Source: Rebecca billardiae RCC1528 (Eukaryota; Protista; Haptophyta). Taken from it: a DNA stretch of 64,000 nucleotides. This document shows, piece after piece, positions 43,846 to 53,925 of this stretch (positions are counted from its first letter, which is position 1; every line of letters starts with the position of its first letter). The notes under the pieces were generated by a model. The model had not been told where the DNA came from and searched no databases. It saw only the letters and a list, made by a program, of their open reading frames with translations. The DNA lies in contig OZ251234.1 in assembly GCA_965240325.2 (NCBI GenBank), positions 620,001 through 684,000 on the forward strand, given 5' to 3'. Made by a program: the position numbers and the translations under genes.

Positions 43846-46800
43846 CTGTAGGCGTCGCGCGTGCGCGGACGCCGGTCTACGGCGGGGATGGCGCTCACCA
43901 AGGCGACGCGAGGGGCAGGGCCCGCCTTGCGCCACGCGCCCAAGGCGGCACACGAGCTTGACGGCCGTGCGCGGGCGCCTCTTGGTGGCGAGAAGACCCG
44001 GTGGCAGCATTCCCGCCGCCTTGTCGACGCCCTCGCCACCTTTTCCGCGCGCAGAGACTGCTGACTGGCACGAGCGGCCTTGAGAGAAGGGACTTGAAGG
44101 CCTGCCCGATGAGGCGCACGAAGGGCACGCGTGCGCCCCTGAGGTATTCAACGGTCGGGGTTTTCGCTTCTGTGCGAGGGGCCTGAGAGTGCTGAACAGC
44201 GCGAGGGGCCTGAGAGTGCTGAACATCACCGCTGCGTCTTGAGCCATGCTGGCATCGGTCAGACCGCACGCATGTGCTACAGTACGGTGACAGCCCGGAC
44301 TGAGGCCAGTGTCACTTGGCATTCGCGCCGCCGTTGGCACGCGTCGCACAGTTCAGTAAGTGTTGCGTCGACTCCCGATACCTTGCGGTCTGCTTCGTCG
44401 CGCATGCCTCGACCTCCCTACGAATGGCTGCATGGGCACCCGGCTCGCTTGGCCGGCGGCCGGGAGTCAGTGCCGATGGCCGAGTGTTACTCGACCGGCC
44501 TTCTTCGTGCAGCAGTCCGGACACCTTCCTGCTCCAGATCAGACCACACCATGCTACCAGCGTAGGTACACACGAGCCTGCAGACGATCGCTCACAGGTC
44601 GAGCGCGCTGTCTACGGCCAGCAGGTGCCCGAGAACGCACCATGCGGCAACATGAGCATTTGAGGTGTTTGAACAATATACTCACCAAGCAACAAAACCG
44701 CTCAACTCCGCTGAGTATGCACGGGGATCGTCGCGCGCGGGGGCTCGCCGACGCGCCAACACCTAGGCCCATCAGGCGGACGCTGTAACTCGTCCTTAGG
44801 AGGCCTCTGGCACTTGCGTGCGCGCGTTCTCGCGCGGCGTTCCGCATGGTGTACATGTCGCGTCGAAAATAACAGGGCCCTGCGCGCGGCGAGAGCGGCG
44901 AGGGCGGGCAGGAGCGCGCGGGCGTGAGGCCCATAGGTGTCCTCGGCCGCGCCGACCTCGCGCGCGCACCCGCAGCGGCCGTGGGTGCGCGTTCGAGCGC
45001 GCCGCGTGAGGCCGCCATCGTGCCGTGCGCGCGCCGAGCCCCATCCTGTCCGTGCTGGGGTTTGTCTGACAAGTCTTGGGCATCCGGATCATCCACGATG
45101 GCCGAGCTCGTGGCCGAGCTCGACGAGCAGGCCTTGGCGCGACAGGCGCTCGATGAGGAGGGAACGATCATGCAGGCGATAACGCTGACGCCCGTGCAGC
45201 AGCTACTGCGCATACCTCCGTTGCTCGTCCATCTCGCCGGGCTCGTCATCACGCCTGAACAGCACGCCGCGCTTGCGGCCGGGCAGCCCGTCGAGCTTTC
45301 CGCCGAGCAGGATCGGCAGTTTGCTCGCCTGCAGATCTACTTCCACACGGCGAAGCAGGAGCGTGAGCCGGGCCTCGGACAAGCGCGCCTCTTCAAGCTC
45401 GCGCCGTCCTTGATACAAACGCCGCCGTCGCTTCCGCCTGCCGACGTGAGCGCGCATGCGCCTGCGGTGGATCAGGCGGCTGCGCAGGCACGCGCGCGAG
45501 AGGCGGAGGAGGCGCTCCTGGCGGAGATCGAGGCTGAGGAGCGAGCCACGCGTAGTAAGCGAGGCCGCCGAGGCGGCCGCGGCAAGCGCCAGGCGCACAA
45601 CGCGCCCCCAGCCCCTCACGACAGCACGGACGACTCATCGAGCGCGGACGAGCCGGAAGCCGACGAGGGACACGCCGATGGCGCGAGAGGCGCGCAGCTG
45701 CATGGCGCTTCCCTCGAGGCGCTCGCCGCACTGCGGCCAGTGCCACTCGACGAGGCCGACTTCCGCCCGGAGGATTGGGTCGAGGTGGTGCCGCGCCGAC
45801 ACAGGAAGCAGCAGCTGGCAGCGATGACCGCACCCGCACTTGACGGGGCAGGCCAAGCGCCGCCGCTCGATGCCGTCTCGGCGTGGCCCCGTGCGGACAG
45901 CGGCGGCGCAGCGGCGCCAGCATCGTCCCGCGTGCCCGAGCCGGCTGCGACTGGGTCCGCGCCCGCAGAGCCGGCGCCCGCCGAGGAGGCGGTGCGCCCG
46001 GCTGCGGCGGCGACCGCGCCCACTGAGGCGGTGGAACCGGATCGCGCCGCTGTGACGTCCTCCTCCGCTGCGCCCGTGGCTTCGCGCCAAGAGCCCACCG
46101 CGCCGCGCGCGCAGCCGGTGCTGTCCCATGGCACTGCCACGGCCGCTGCGTCCGCGCAGCCCCCGACGCGCTCGGCCAACGGCCCACCAGTGGCGACCGC
46201 GGCAGATGCGGCCGGCGGGATGCTGCGTGCGCGGGTGCCGTCAGAAGTGCATGCAGCGGCTGCGCAGCCGATCGCATCGCCCTGGGTCGGCGCGGCGGGC
46301 GACGAGTGCGCGGCGAGCATCGGCGAGGCCGTGCGCAGGTACGTGCACCAGGTGCTCAGCTCAGAACGCGCAGCACACGACAGCGCACTGCGCCGTGCGC
46401 TCCAGGAGGCGCATGATCGCTCCGAGGCTCGAGTGCAGTCGCTGCGGCTGCGGCTGTACATTGCGGAGAACAAGTGCCACGAGCTCGAGCAGATGGTGCG
46501 GGAGCTGCAGGCGACGGTCACGCAGCTACGCACGACGCCGGCTGGTGGATCCGGTCCGGGCGACGGCTCCCGAGCCTTTGACGGCTCACCCACCTCGGCG
46601 ATCACAGTGCTGACGGTCAACAGCGCGGCCACAGCGGATGGTGGCGCCGATGCCGGTCTCGCCGCGGCGGCTGCGGCTCGCGGTGCCTCGGGCTCTCCTC
46701 GAGGGACCTCGCCGGACGACCATGTGTGATCATGTGACGCAACACAACGGCCAAAGCTGTCAACCATCACTGGATCACTTACGGGGCGATTGACCGCACG

Positions 46801-47433
46801 ACGCTCACAAAATGCTGGTCACGCAGCAGCCGCTGCCAGTGCGTGCCCACGAGTCGTCATTATTCGCATCGATCAATCACAATGGCTGCGACTTCGCCGT
46901 CACTGAGCAGCAGTGCTGCACAGTGCACGCTCTGTCGCGCTCACAAGTGGCTCCAGTCCTATACCCTGGCCAGCCCCCAACCAACTGCATGGGCTCCGGC
47001 TCTGGACAGAACTTCGCGGAGTCGGACCCGCCCCCGCCAGTAGCCATCACTCATCAGTGCTGCTGCTGACCGTGCGGGCGGTGAGTGACTGGCGGCCGGC
47101 CGGCCGAGCCCGCCGCCGAGGCCTCCCGGCAGCGCTAAACGGCTAAATCAGCCCGGCTGGTAGCTTAGTGGTAGCGTGTCACCAGTTGTTCAGCACTGGT
47201 CTCTGCGCGCAGAAAGCGTAGCGAGGGCGTCGACAGCATTACTAGCAAGGCGGCGAAAATGCTGCCCACCGCCGGGTCTTATCGCCACCAAGAGAGAGGC
47301 GCCAGCGCACGGCTGTCAAGCTCGTGTGCTGCTTTGCGGGCGCGTGGCGCAAGGAGGGCCCTCGCGTCGCCCGGTGAGCGCCATGCCGCCCATGGGGCTT
47401 GGCGTCCGGCGTCCGCACGCGCGACGCCTACAG
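43846..47433. repeat. Diverged ~220-bp inverted repeat pair (43846-44058 / 47199-47433) enclosing a gene
   Basis: CTGTAGGCGTCGCGCGTGCG...GCGCGCAGAGAC and its reverse complement; no TSD seen. Confidence 0.75.
45098..46729 (+). CDS. Hypothetical protein with a C-terminal coiled coil
   Basis: 543-aa ORF with host-like composition; heptad region RVQSLRLRLYIAENKCHELEQMVRELQATV. Confidence 0.7.
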   Translation: MAELVAELDEQALARQALDEEGTIMQAITLTPVQQLLRIPPLLVHLAGLVITPEQHAALAAGQPVELSAEQDRQFARLQIYFHTAKQEREPGLGQARLFKLAPSLIQTPPSLPPADVSAHAPAVDQAAAQARAREAEEALLAEIEAEERATRSKRGRRGGRGKRQAHNAPPAPHDSTDDSSSADEPEADEGHADGARGAQLHGASLEALAALRPVPLDEADFRPEDWVEVVPRRHRKQQLAAMTAPALDGAGQAPPLDAVSAWPRADSGGAAAPASSRVPEPAATGSAPAEPAPAEEAVRPAAAATAPTEAVEPDRAAVTSSSAAPVASRQEPTAPRAQPVLSHGTATAAASAQPPTRSANGPPVATAADAAGGMLRARVPSEVHAAAAQPIASPWVGAAGDECAASIGEAVRRYVHQVLSSERAAHDSALRRALQEAHDRSEARVQSLRLRLYIAENKCHELEQMVRELQATVTQLRTTPAGGSGPGDGSRAFDGSPTSAITVLTVNSAATADGGADAGLAAAAAARGASGSPRGTSPDDHV

Positions 47434-48347
47434 CTTGGGACGTCAACCCCCGAGATCGGGCTCGCAGCGGCCCGGACACGATGGCGCGCCCACGAGAGGC
47501 GCGCGTGCGCCCGCCTACCGGCGCTGCAGGCCGGCGCGGCTGATCGGCGCGGTCCACAGGACACGTGGGCACCGCGCGCGCCTCTTTTCCTGTCCTCTCG
47601 CGCTCCTCGCCGCGCGCAGTAGCCCGCTGCCAAGCCATCAACGCCTGCCAAGCGAGCCGGCGCGCGCACCAAGGGCGCGCGCTCGGCGCGGATAGGGCCA
47701 ATTAAGGTCGGGGCACGGCATGGGCGAGTGGGCACGCATGTTATACACCGCTCGGGCGCACGCGCCCGGCGTTCTGCGCGCGCCCTTGCCCCTGGCAAGT
47801 GCTCGCGCACTGCGCGCGTAACTCACGAATGGTGCACCTCGCGGCAGCCCGCAGGGTATGCTCTGCATGGAGGCATCCTTCGCTTCCCAGCGGGCGAATC
47901 GGTGCCAGCCGCAGCCTGGGGGTCGTCTGTGAGTACCCCGGTCCAAGATGCCCCATGGGCACGCTGATACGGGCCGCCATGTCGTCGATGCTGCCGAGGA
48001 GTGCCGAGCGGCCCTGCTCTGTGACGTCCCGACTCCCGGCACATGGGCCTTGTCGACTCTCGACCTTCCGCTCCGAGTTCATCACGCCAGACGCAGGCGA
48101 TGCCGCTGTGGACGCTCGCGTTCGACCACTTCGTACCCACCAGACCGGCCCTTCTGTCTCTGTTGGCGTGGGTGGCGTGCGCGCGCGCGCGCGTGCCGCC
48201 TGCCGCCACAGTACAGTGAGACGTAGTCGGTGCCGCGGACGCGGTGGCCGTGGGCCGCGTAGCGACCTGCTCGGACCTCGGATAGTCGTAGTCGCTTTAA
48301 AATAAGACTGCACAGCCTGGTTGATTTATGATACATATACAGCATAT

Positions 48348-50320
48348 ATGGCGGGCCGTAGGTCCGCCCCTTGTAGTGCCCGGGAAAAAGATAAGAAAAA
48401 TAAAATGAAAAAATAAAATCGCCTCGCAAAGAAAAGAAAATCGCCTCGCTCACTGCCGGGTCGCTTCGCTCACTACCGGGCGCCCTCGCAGCTCCCACTG
48501 GGGACGCTCGGCCGAAAACCATCTGCGCCATGGCGCGGAGCGCATGGGCCGCGCGCGCCAAATCCAACGCCGGCGCGGACATCGCGCGGGGATTCCCGAG
48601 ACGTGTTTTCGCCCGATTCGCGATTGCTGCCCTCGTCGTCTCGCGTGCAGGTCGAACGGGGGCTAAATCGACGCGTTTGGAGCGGTACGCTCGGCGCGTC
48701 GACACGATCGTGCGACCTGGGGCGATCCTCGCCCGACGTGCACGTCGAAAGCTCGCACCGGCCATAGCATCATGCGCTGCGCACGATGGCCGCCTCGCGC
48801 GATCCACCGTCGCGCGTCGGGCTCGGTGCGGAAACGCATTCATCACGAGGCGTCTCGCGGGCGGGAAGCGCCATCGCACGCGACGCAAGCTTTGGCGCGG
48901 CCTTCTACACCATACAGTAACCGGAATCCACACACCGGACTGTCGCGTGCCCCGGTTGGCACAAGGGCGTTCCCGGGATCCTGCCACACGCTCCGAACGG
49001 CATGCCCCCCCCTGGGGGGGCATGGCTACGGACTGGCGCGGGCCATAATATCAAATGTACCCGCTTGAGATAGAGAAAGCCAATTTCAATAGGAACGCGG
49101 TTCGATTTGGCGTATGACCAGGCTTCGGCCGCCAGCCTGATCACCCGGAGCCCGTTATAAAGGGGAATTTAATAGTGCGGGGAACGCCCCTGAAGGTCGG
49201 GCGCATGAAATCCGTTTGCTACGATCGGTGGTTTTCCAGAGCGAGCGATCATCTTTCACGCTCGCGAGCTCGCGACCAAAGATCGCTCGGCGCCTGAGGG
49301 CCCACGTCCAGCCTGCATGGCGTCGACGGTGGCCAGTGCGACGGAGGCGCAGCGCGAAGCGGCGTACGAGGCGCACCGCACGCACCTGCCGGTTATACCG
49401 CCGTGGCCGGAATCGCGTCTTCGCGAATCGGCGACTGAGGCGACAGCGCGCTATAACCGATCCCAGGTGCGCATTCGCGACGAGCTGAAACGTCGCGCGT
49501 GCAAGATCGCCGCACCATACTTGTCCATGGCACGGACGCTGCGGGACGAGGCCAACGTCGTGAAGCCAGTGGCGCATGCGCTGCGCTTCCTGTGCCTGCT
49601 CGAACAGCGCGTGCCCACCCTCGATCGCGAGTGGCACACGCTCTCGCACTGCGCGCGCGCGCACCACCGAGAGCTCCTGATACCGCCGAACGTGCGAGTG
49701 CCGGACCTGTCGCGCGGAGCGGCGAGCGCCAACGAGCGCTTGGACCTGGACGCGCTGTTGCGCAGCGTGGCGGCCGTGCACGACGCCGACACGACCTTCG
49801 CCGAGCCCATCGTGCCCGGAGCGGACATTGGCATCCTCGCGACACACCATCTCAGCTGGCAGCACGAGGAGATGCTCACAATCTCCTCTGGCGGATTCGT
49901 CGGCGGCGAGGCGCTCGACTACGTCATCGCGGTCGAGATGCGGCACATGCAGCGCGTACGCGCGCTCGCGCGGAGCAACGGGCTGCCCGCCCCGCCCCGC
50001 GTGCTGCACGTTCCCTCGTGGGTGTGGACCTTGCTGATGGGCGCAGGCGTGTACGCGTGGGAGAAGGTGGCTGCACGAGTCGACAGGACACACACGATCT
50101 CAGCTACGAGGGTCACGCGAATGATCATGGTGCGTGATGAGGCATGTGGGCACATCGTGTTCGTCAGTGCCGTCGGGTAGCTCACCATCATCTGTATGTC
50201 GCATTGTTATTCGTCATCCTGCCAGTCAATCCGCGCTAAAAGACGCGAACCCGCTGGGGAAATATTGCGACAGCACTGGCACGGCCCGCCGACCCCCCCG
50301 CCCGCCAGGGCAGAGTTTAA
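48348..50320 (+). mobile_element. Family-B Helentron-like element, copy B1
   Basis: 5' ATGGCGGGCCGT; subterminal inverse ACGGCCCGCC (50281-50290); short stem GCCC-GCCA-GGGC (50300-50311); AT-rich flanks. Confidence 0.7.
49317..50180 (+). CDS. Cargo ORF whose C-terminal part resembles a truncated Ulp1/SENP (peptidase C48) domain
   Basis: LTISSGGFVGGEALDYVI ~ L..L....WLNDEVINFY; LHVPSWVWTLL..YAWEKV ~ FNSFFY.KL..Y..V; MIMVRDEACGHIVFV ~ IFIPI...HW.L. The ORF stops before a catalytic Cys. Confidence 0.5.
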   Translation: MASTVASATEAQREAAYEAHRTHLPVIPPWPESRLRESATEATARYNRSQVRIRDELKRRACKIAAPYLSMARTLRDEANVVKPVAHALRFLCLLEQRVPTLDREWHTLSHCARAHHRELLIPPNVRVPDLSRGAASANERLDLDALLRSVAAVHDADTTFAEPIVPGADIGILATHHLSWQHEEMLTISSGGFVGGEALDYVIAVEMRHMQRVRALARSNGLPAPPRVLHVPSWVWTLLMGAGVYAWEKVAARVDRTHTISATRVTRMIMVRDEACGHIVFVSAVG

Positions 50321-50321
50321 T

Positions 50322-51630
50322 ATGGCGGGCCGTAGGTCCGCCCCTTGTAGTGCCCGGGAAAAAGAAAAGAAAAAGAAAAGAAAAAAGAAAATCGCCTCGC
50401 CAAGAAAAGAAAATCGCTTCGCTCACTACCGGGCGCCCTCGCAGCGCTCTCCCACTGGGGACGCTCGGCCGAAAACCATCTGGCGCCTGGCGCGGAGCGC
50501 ATGGGCCGCGCGCGCCAAATCCAACGCCGGCGCGGACATCGCGCGAGGATTCCCGAGACGTGTTTTCGCCCGATTCGCGATTGCTGCCCTCGTCGTCTCG
50601 CGTGCAGGTCGAACGGGGGCCAAATTGACACGTTTGGAGCGGTACGCTCGGCGCGTCGACACGATCGTGCGACCTGGGGCGATCCTCGCCCGACGTGCAC
50701 GTCGAAAGCTCGCACCGGCCATAGCATCATGCGCTGCGCACGATGACCGCCTCGCGCGATCCACCGTCGCGCGTCGGGCTCGGTGCGAGAAAGCCCTCAT
50801 CACGAGGCGTCTCGCGGGCGGGAAGCGCCATCGCACGCGACGCAAGATTTGGCGCGGCCTTCTGAACTCGATCGCCGGAATCCGCGCACCGGACTCAGTC
50901 ATTGCTCGCGGTCCGGTCCCTCAGCCGAAGCCCACGTCCGGCCTGCATGGCGTCGACGGTGACCAATGCGACGGAAGCGCAGCGCCAACGGCGTACGACG
51001 CGCAGCGGACGCACCTCCCGGGTCTGTCGCCGTGGCAGCAACCGCGTCATCGCGAGTTGGTGACCCTCGCCGCAGCGCGACACAGACAAGCCCGTGATGC
51101 CATCCGCAGAGAGATGAAACGTCGAGCATGCAACTAATCGCCGCGGCATGGCCTCGTCCATGGCGCAGGCGCTGCGGGACGAGGCGGAAGTCGTCACGCC
51201 GGTGACGGATGCGCTGCGATTCGTGTGCTCGCGTGAGCAGCGCTTGCCCACTCTCGATCGCGAGTGGCACACGCTGTCGCTGTGCGCGCGCGCGCGCACA
51301 ACCGCAACAGCTCCTCGTGCCGCCGAGCACGCGAGCGCCAGACCTGTCGAAGAGGCGAAGAGCGACGACCGCGTGAACGTCAACGCGCTCGTGATTCCCT
51401 CGTGGGTGTGGGCCTCGCGGATGGAGTGATGCGCATACTACTAAGAGTACAGACCGTGAGACGTGTGTACACGTCGGAGAGCCAACTTCACGTGTCACTG
51501 GGGCCTTGCACTCGACTGTCCGTCACCCACGGCCACGAGCGAATGTGGAAAGCAGACGCGAACCCGCAAAGGATACATTGCGACAGCACTGGCACGGCCC
51601 GCCGACCCCCCCGCCCGCCAGGGCACAGTT
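50322..51630 (+). mobile_element. Family-B element, copy B2 (deleted, cargo ORF broken)
   Basis: Same 5' ~540 bp and same 3' end as B1 (ACGGCCCGCC at 51594-51603); diverged cargo remnant (PTLDREWHTLS, IPSWVW). Confidence 0.7.
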
Positions 51631-51631
51631 T

Positions 51632-53637
51632 ATGGCCCGCGGTGCAGGGCGGAGCGCGCAGCGTGGAGCCCGCACCAGCGGGCCCGAACCACGTTTCAAA
51701 AAGATCTTTGATCAAGAAAAAAGGGACGGGGGGCGATTTTTAGGGCTGGCGGAGACCGAGTTTCGAGTTTTTGAGATCGCATAGAGAGGTCTATTAGGCC
51801 GAAAAAAAGCGCGTCCAGCTGATTCCCTTAAGTAAAGTGCGATCTGGACGTCAGCTGGACGTGACATTAGTGTAACGGTTCGTTACGAGCGCGATTTTAA
51901 GTATGAGATTGCCGCCAACCGCCAACCGATAAAAACGGCAAGGCAAGGGCTCGGGAAACTTGATCACTTCTAAATGTGAATAGTAAAATGCTCTCCCCGA
52001 GCGCGCCTGTCGCCTCGCAGGCCGCGCGTCTAGCCCTCTCGCTCCGCTCTCCCCGAGGCTGAGCTCGCGGCCCGCCTGTCACCTCGCAGGCGCGCGCCAC
52101 GGACACATGCGCGACGAGATCGCGGCGGGGGCGGCGAGATCGCGGCGGGGGCGACGGGCAACAACCTGCCCGCGGGCGCGTTCGTCACTCGAGGAGCAGC
52201 GCGCAAGGGCGAGCCGAGTCCGGAGCACGCGAGCTCGTTATCGCTCGCCGACCGGAGCAGAGCGCGCCGCCCGCCGCCGCCGAGCGAGCGGCGCGGCAGA
52301 GCTGATGAGCCGGATGCGCCCGGAGCTCGCGCGGCTGAAGGGCGAGCTCGAGCACGCGAGCTCGCGCCTCGACGCCGAGCCCGAGCTCCTCCTCAACTCG
52401 GTCGACGGCGGCGCGGAGGTCCGGCAGCAGCGTGAGGACTCACAGACAGTGTGAGTGAGCCGCGCGCAGCTCAGCCTGCCGCTGGCAGCCGCCGTCTTCG
52501 AGGCCGACGCGGCGGAGGAGGCGGCGGGCGACGAGATCGCGACGGGGGCGGCGAGATCGCGGCGGGGGCGACGGGCAACAACCTGCCCGCGGGCGCGTTC
52601 GTCACTCGAGGAGCAGCGCGCAAGGGCGAGCCGAGTCCGGAGCACGCGAGCTCGTCGCTCGCCGACCGGAGCAGAGCGCGCCGCCCGCCGCCGCCGAGCG
52701 AGCGGCGCGGCAGAGCTGATGAGCCGGATGCGCCCGGAGCTCGCGCGGCTGAAGGGCGAGCTCGAGCACGCGAGCTCGCGCCTCGACGCCGAGCGCGAGC
52801 TCCTCCTCAACTCGGTCGACGGCGGCGCGGAGGTCCGGCAGCAGCGTGAGGACTCACAGACAGTGTGAGTGAGCCGCGCGCAGCTCAGCCTGCCGCTGGC
52901 AGCCGCCGTCTCCGAGGCCGACGCGGCGGAGGAGGCGGCGGGCGAGCACGGCGGCGCGGTGGAGCAGGCGCGCACGCGCGGCGGCAGGCGCGACGCGCCG
53001 CTCGCCTCGTTCCACCGCCCCGAGCTCCGCTCGGTCGGTCTCGGTGCGCGGCTGCGCAGCCGGCAGGCCGGCGGGCCAGCAGTCTGCAGTGGCGCGCGCT
53101 CTCGCTCTGCCGGCACGAGGCGTGCCGGCTGAGCGACCAGCGGCCCGTCGTCGAGCGCATGGCGCAGGGCGAGTACCTCAAGCAGGTGCGCCCGCTCGCG
53201 CGCACGCGCCGGCTCGCGACCAGCGGCCCTTCGTCGAGCGCATGGCGCAGCGCGAGCACCTTGCAAGCAAGCTGAAGCAGGTGCGCCCGCACGCGCGCAC
53301 GCGCCGGCCCGGCGCCGCGCGGCGCCTCTCGCCCTCTCGCCCTGCGCGCGCCGCCGCCCCGCTTCCCCGCGCGGCCCGTCCGCGCCTCTCGCCCTGCGAG
53401 CGCGCCGCCCCGCTTCCCCGCGCGGCCCGTCCGCTGGTGTCCCATGCCACCCTTGGCCGTGCGCGCCCGCATACTCGCCGAGTCCGAGACTCGGTCTCGG
53501 GTCTAACTCTCCCTCTCAGAGTGGCTGAACTGTCTTTCTGACTCGGACTGACTGACTCGTCAGTCTCATTCTCAACCACTGCGCCGCGGGCCCCGAACTG
53601 CGTTGGTTCTACGGAAAAGGACCGCGGAACGCGGTCA
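51632..53637 (+). mobile_element. Family-A element, copy A3, with an internal 414/417-bp tandem duplication (52111-52527, 52528-52941)
   Basis: 5' ATGGCCCGCGGTGCA; TGCgCCGCGGGCC (53580-53592); hairpin 53620-53636 followed by (AT)n. Confidence 0.8.
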
Positions 53638-53802
53638 TATATATATACATACATACATCGTCATCATTCTGCACAAGTGATGTTCGTCGGCCGCCTCCAG
53701 TTTCCTATCCAAGCTGCACACGTACCATCAAAGTTATTAATTTGTCAACGACTAAGTGCTGAACCGATTTCATCAACTTTCTTATTTGCTGTTGGGAGTT
53801 GG

Positions 53803-53833
53803 CACCAAACCGAGCTCAGAATGAGGAGTGTAC
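53803..53833 (+). repeat. Isolated left terminus of the GTAC-foldback family
   Basis: CACCAAACCGAGCTCAGAATGAGGAGTGTAC matches 33307-33342 except for two micro-insertions in that copy. Confidence 0.75.
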
Positions 53834-53925
53834 TCATGTGGTTGATGGCCGCCCCCTGCCCCCGCTGGCGCGAGGCGGCGGCGCCGCGTGCGTAGGCACG
53901 ACCCCCGCAGCCTGCGCGGTCACGC

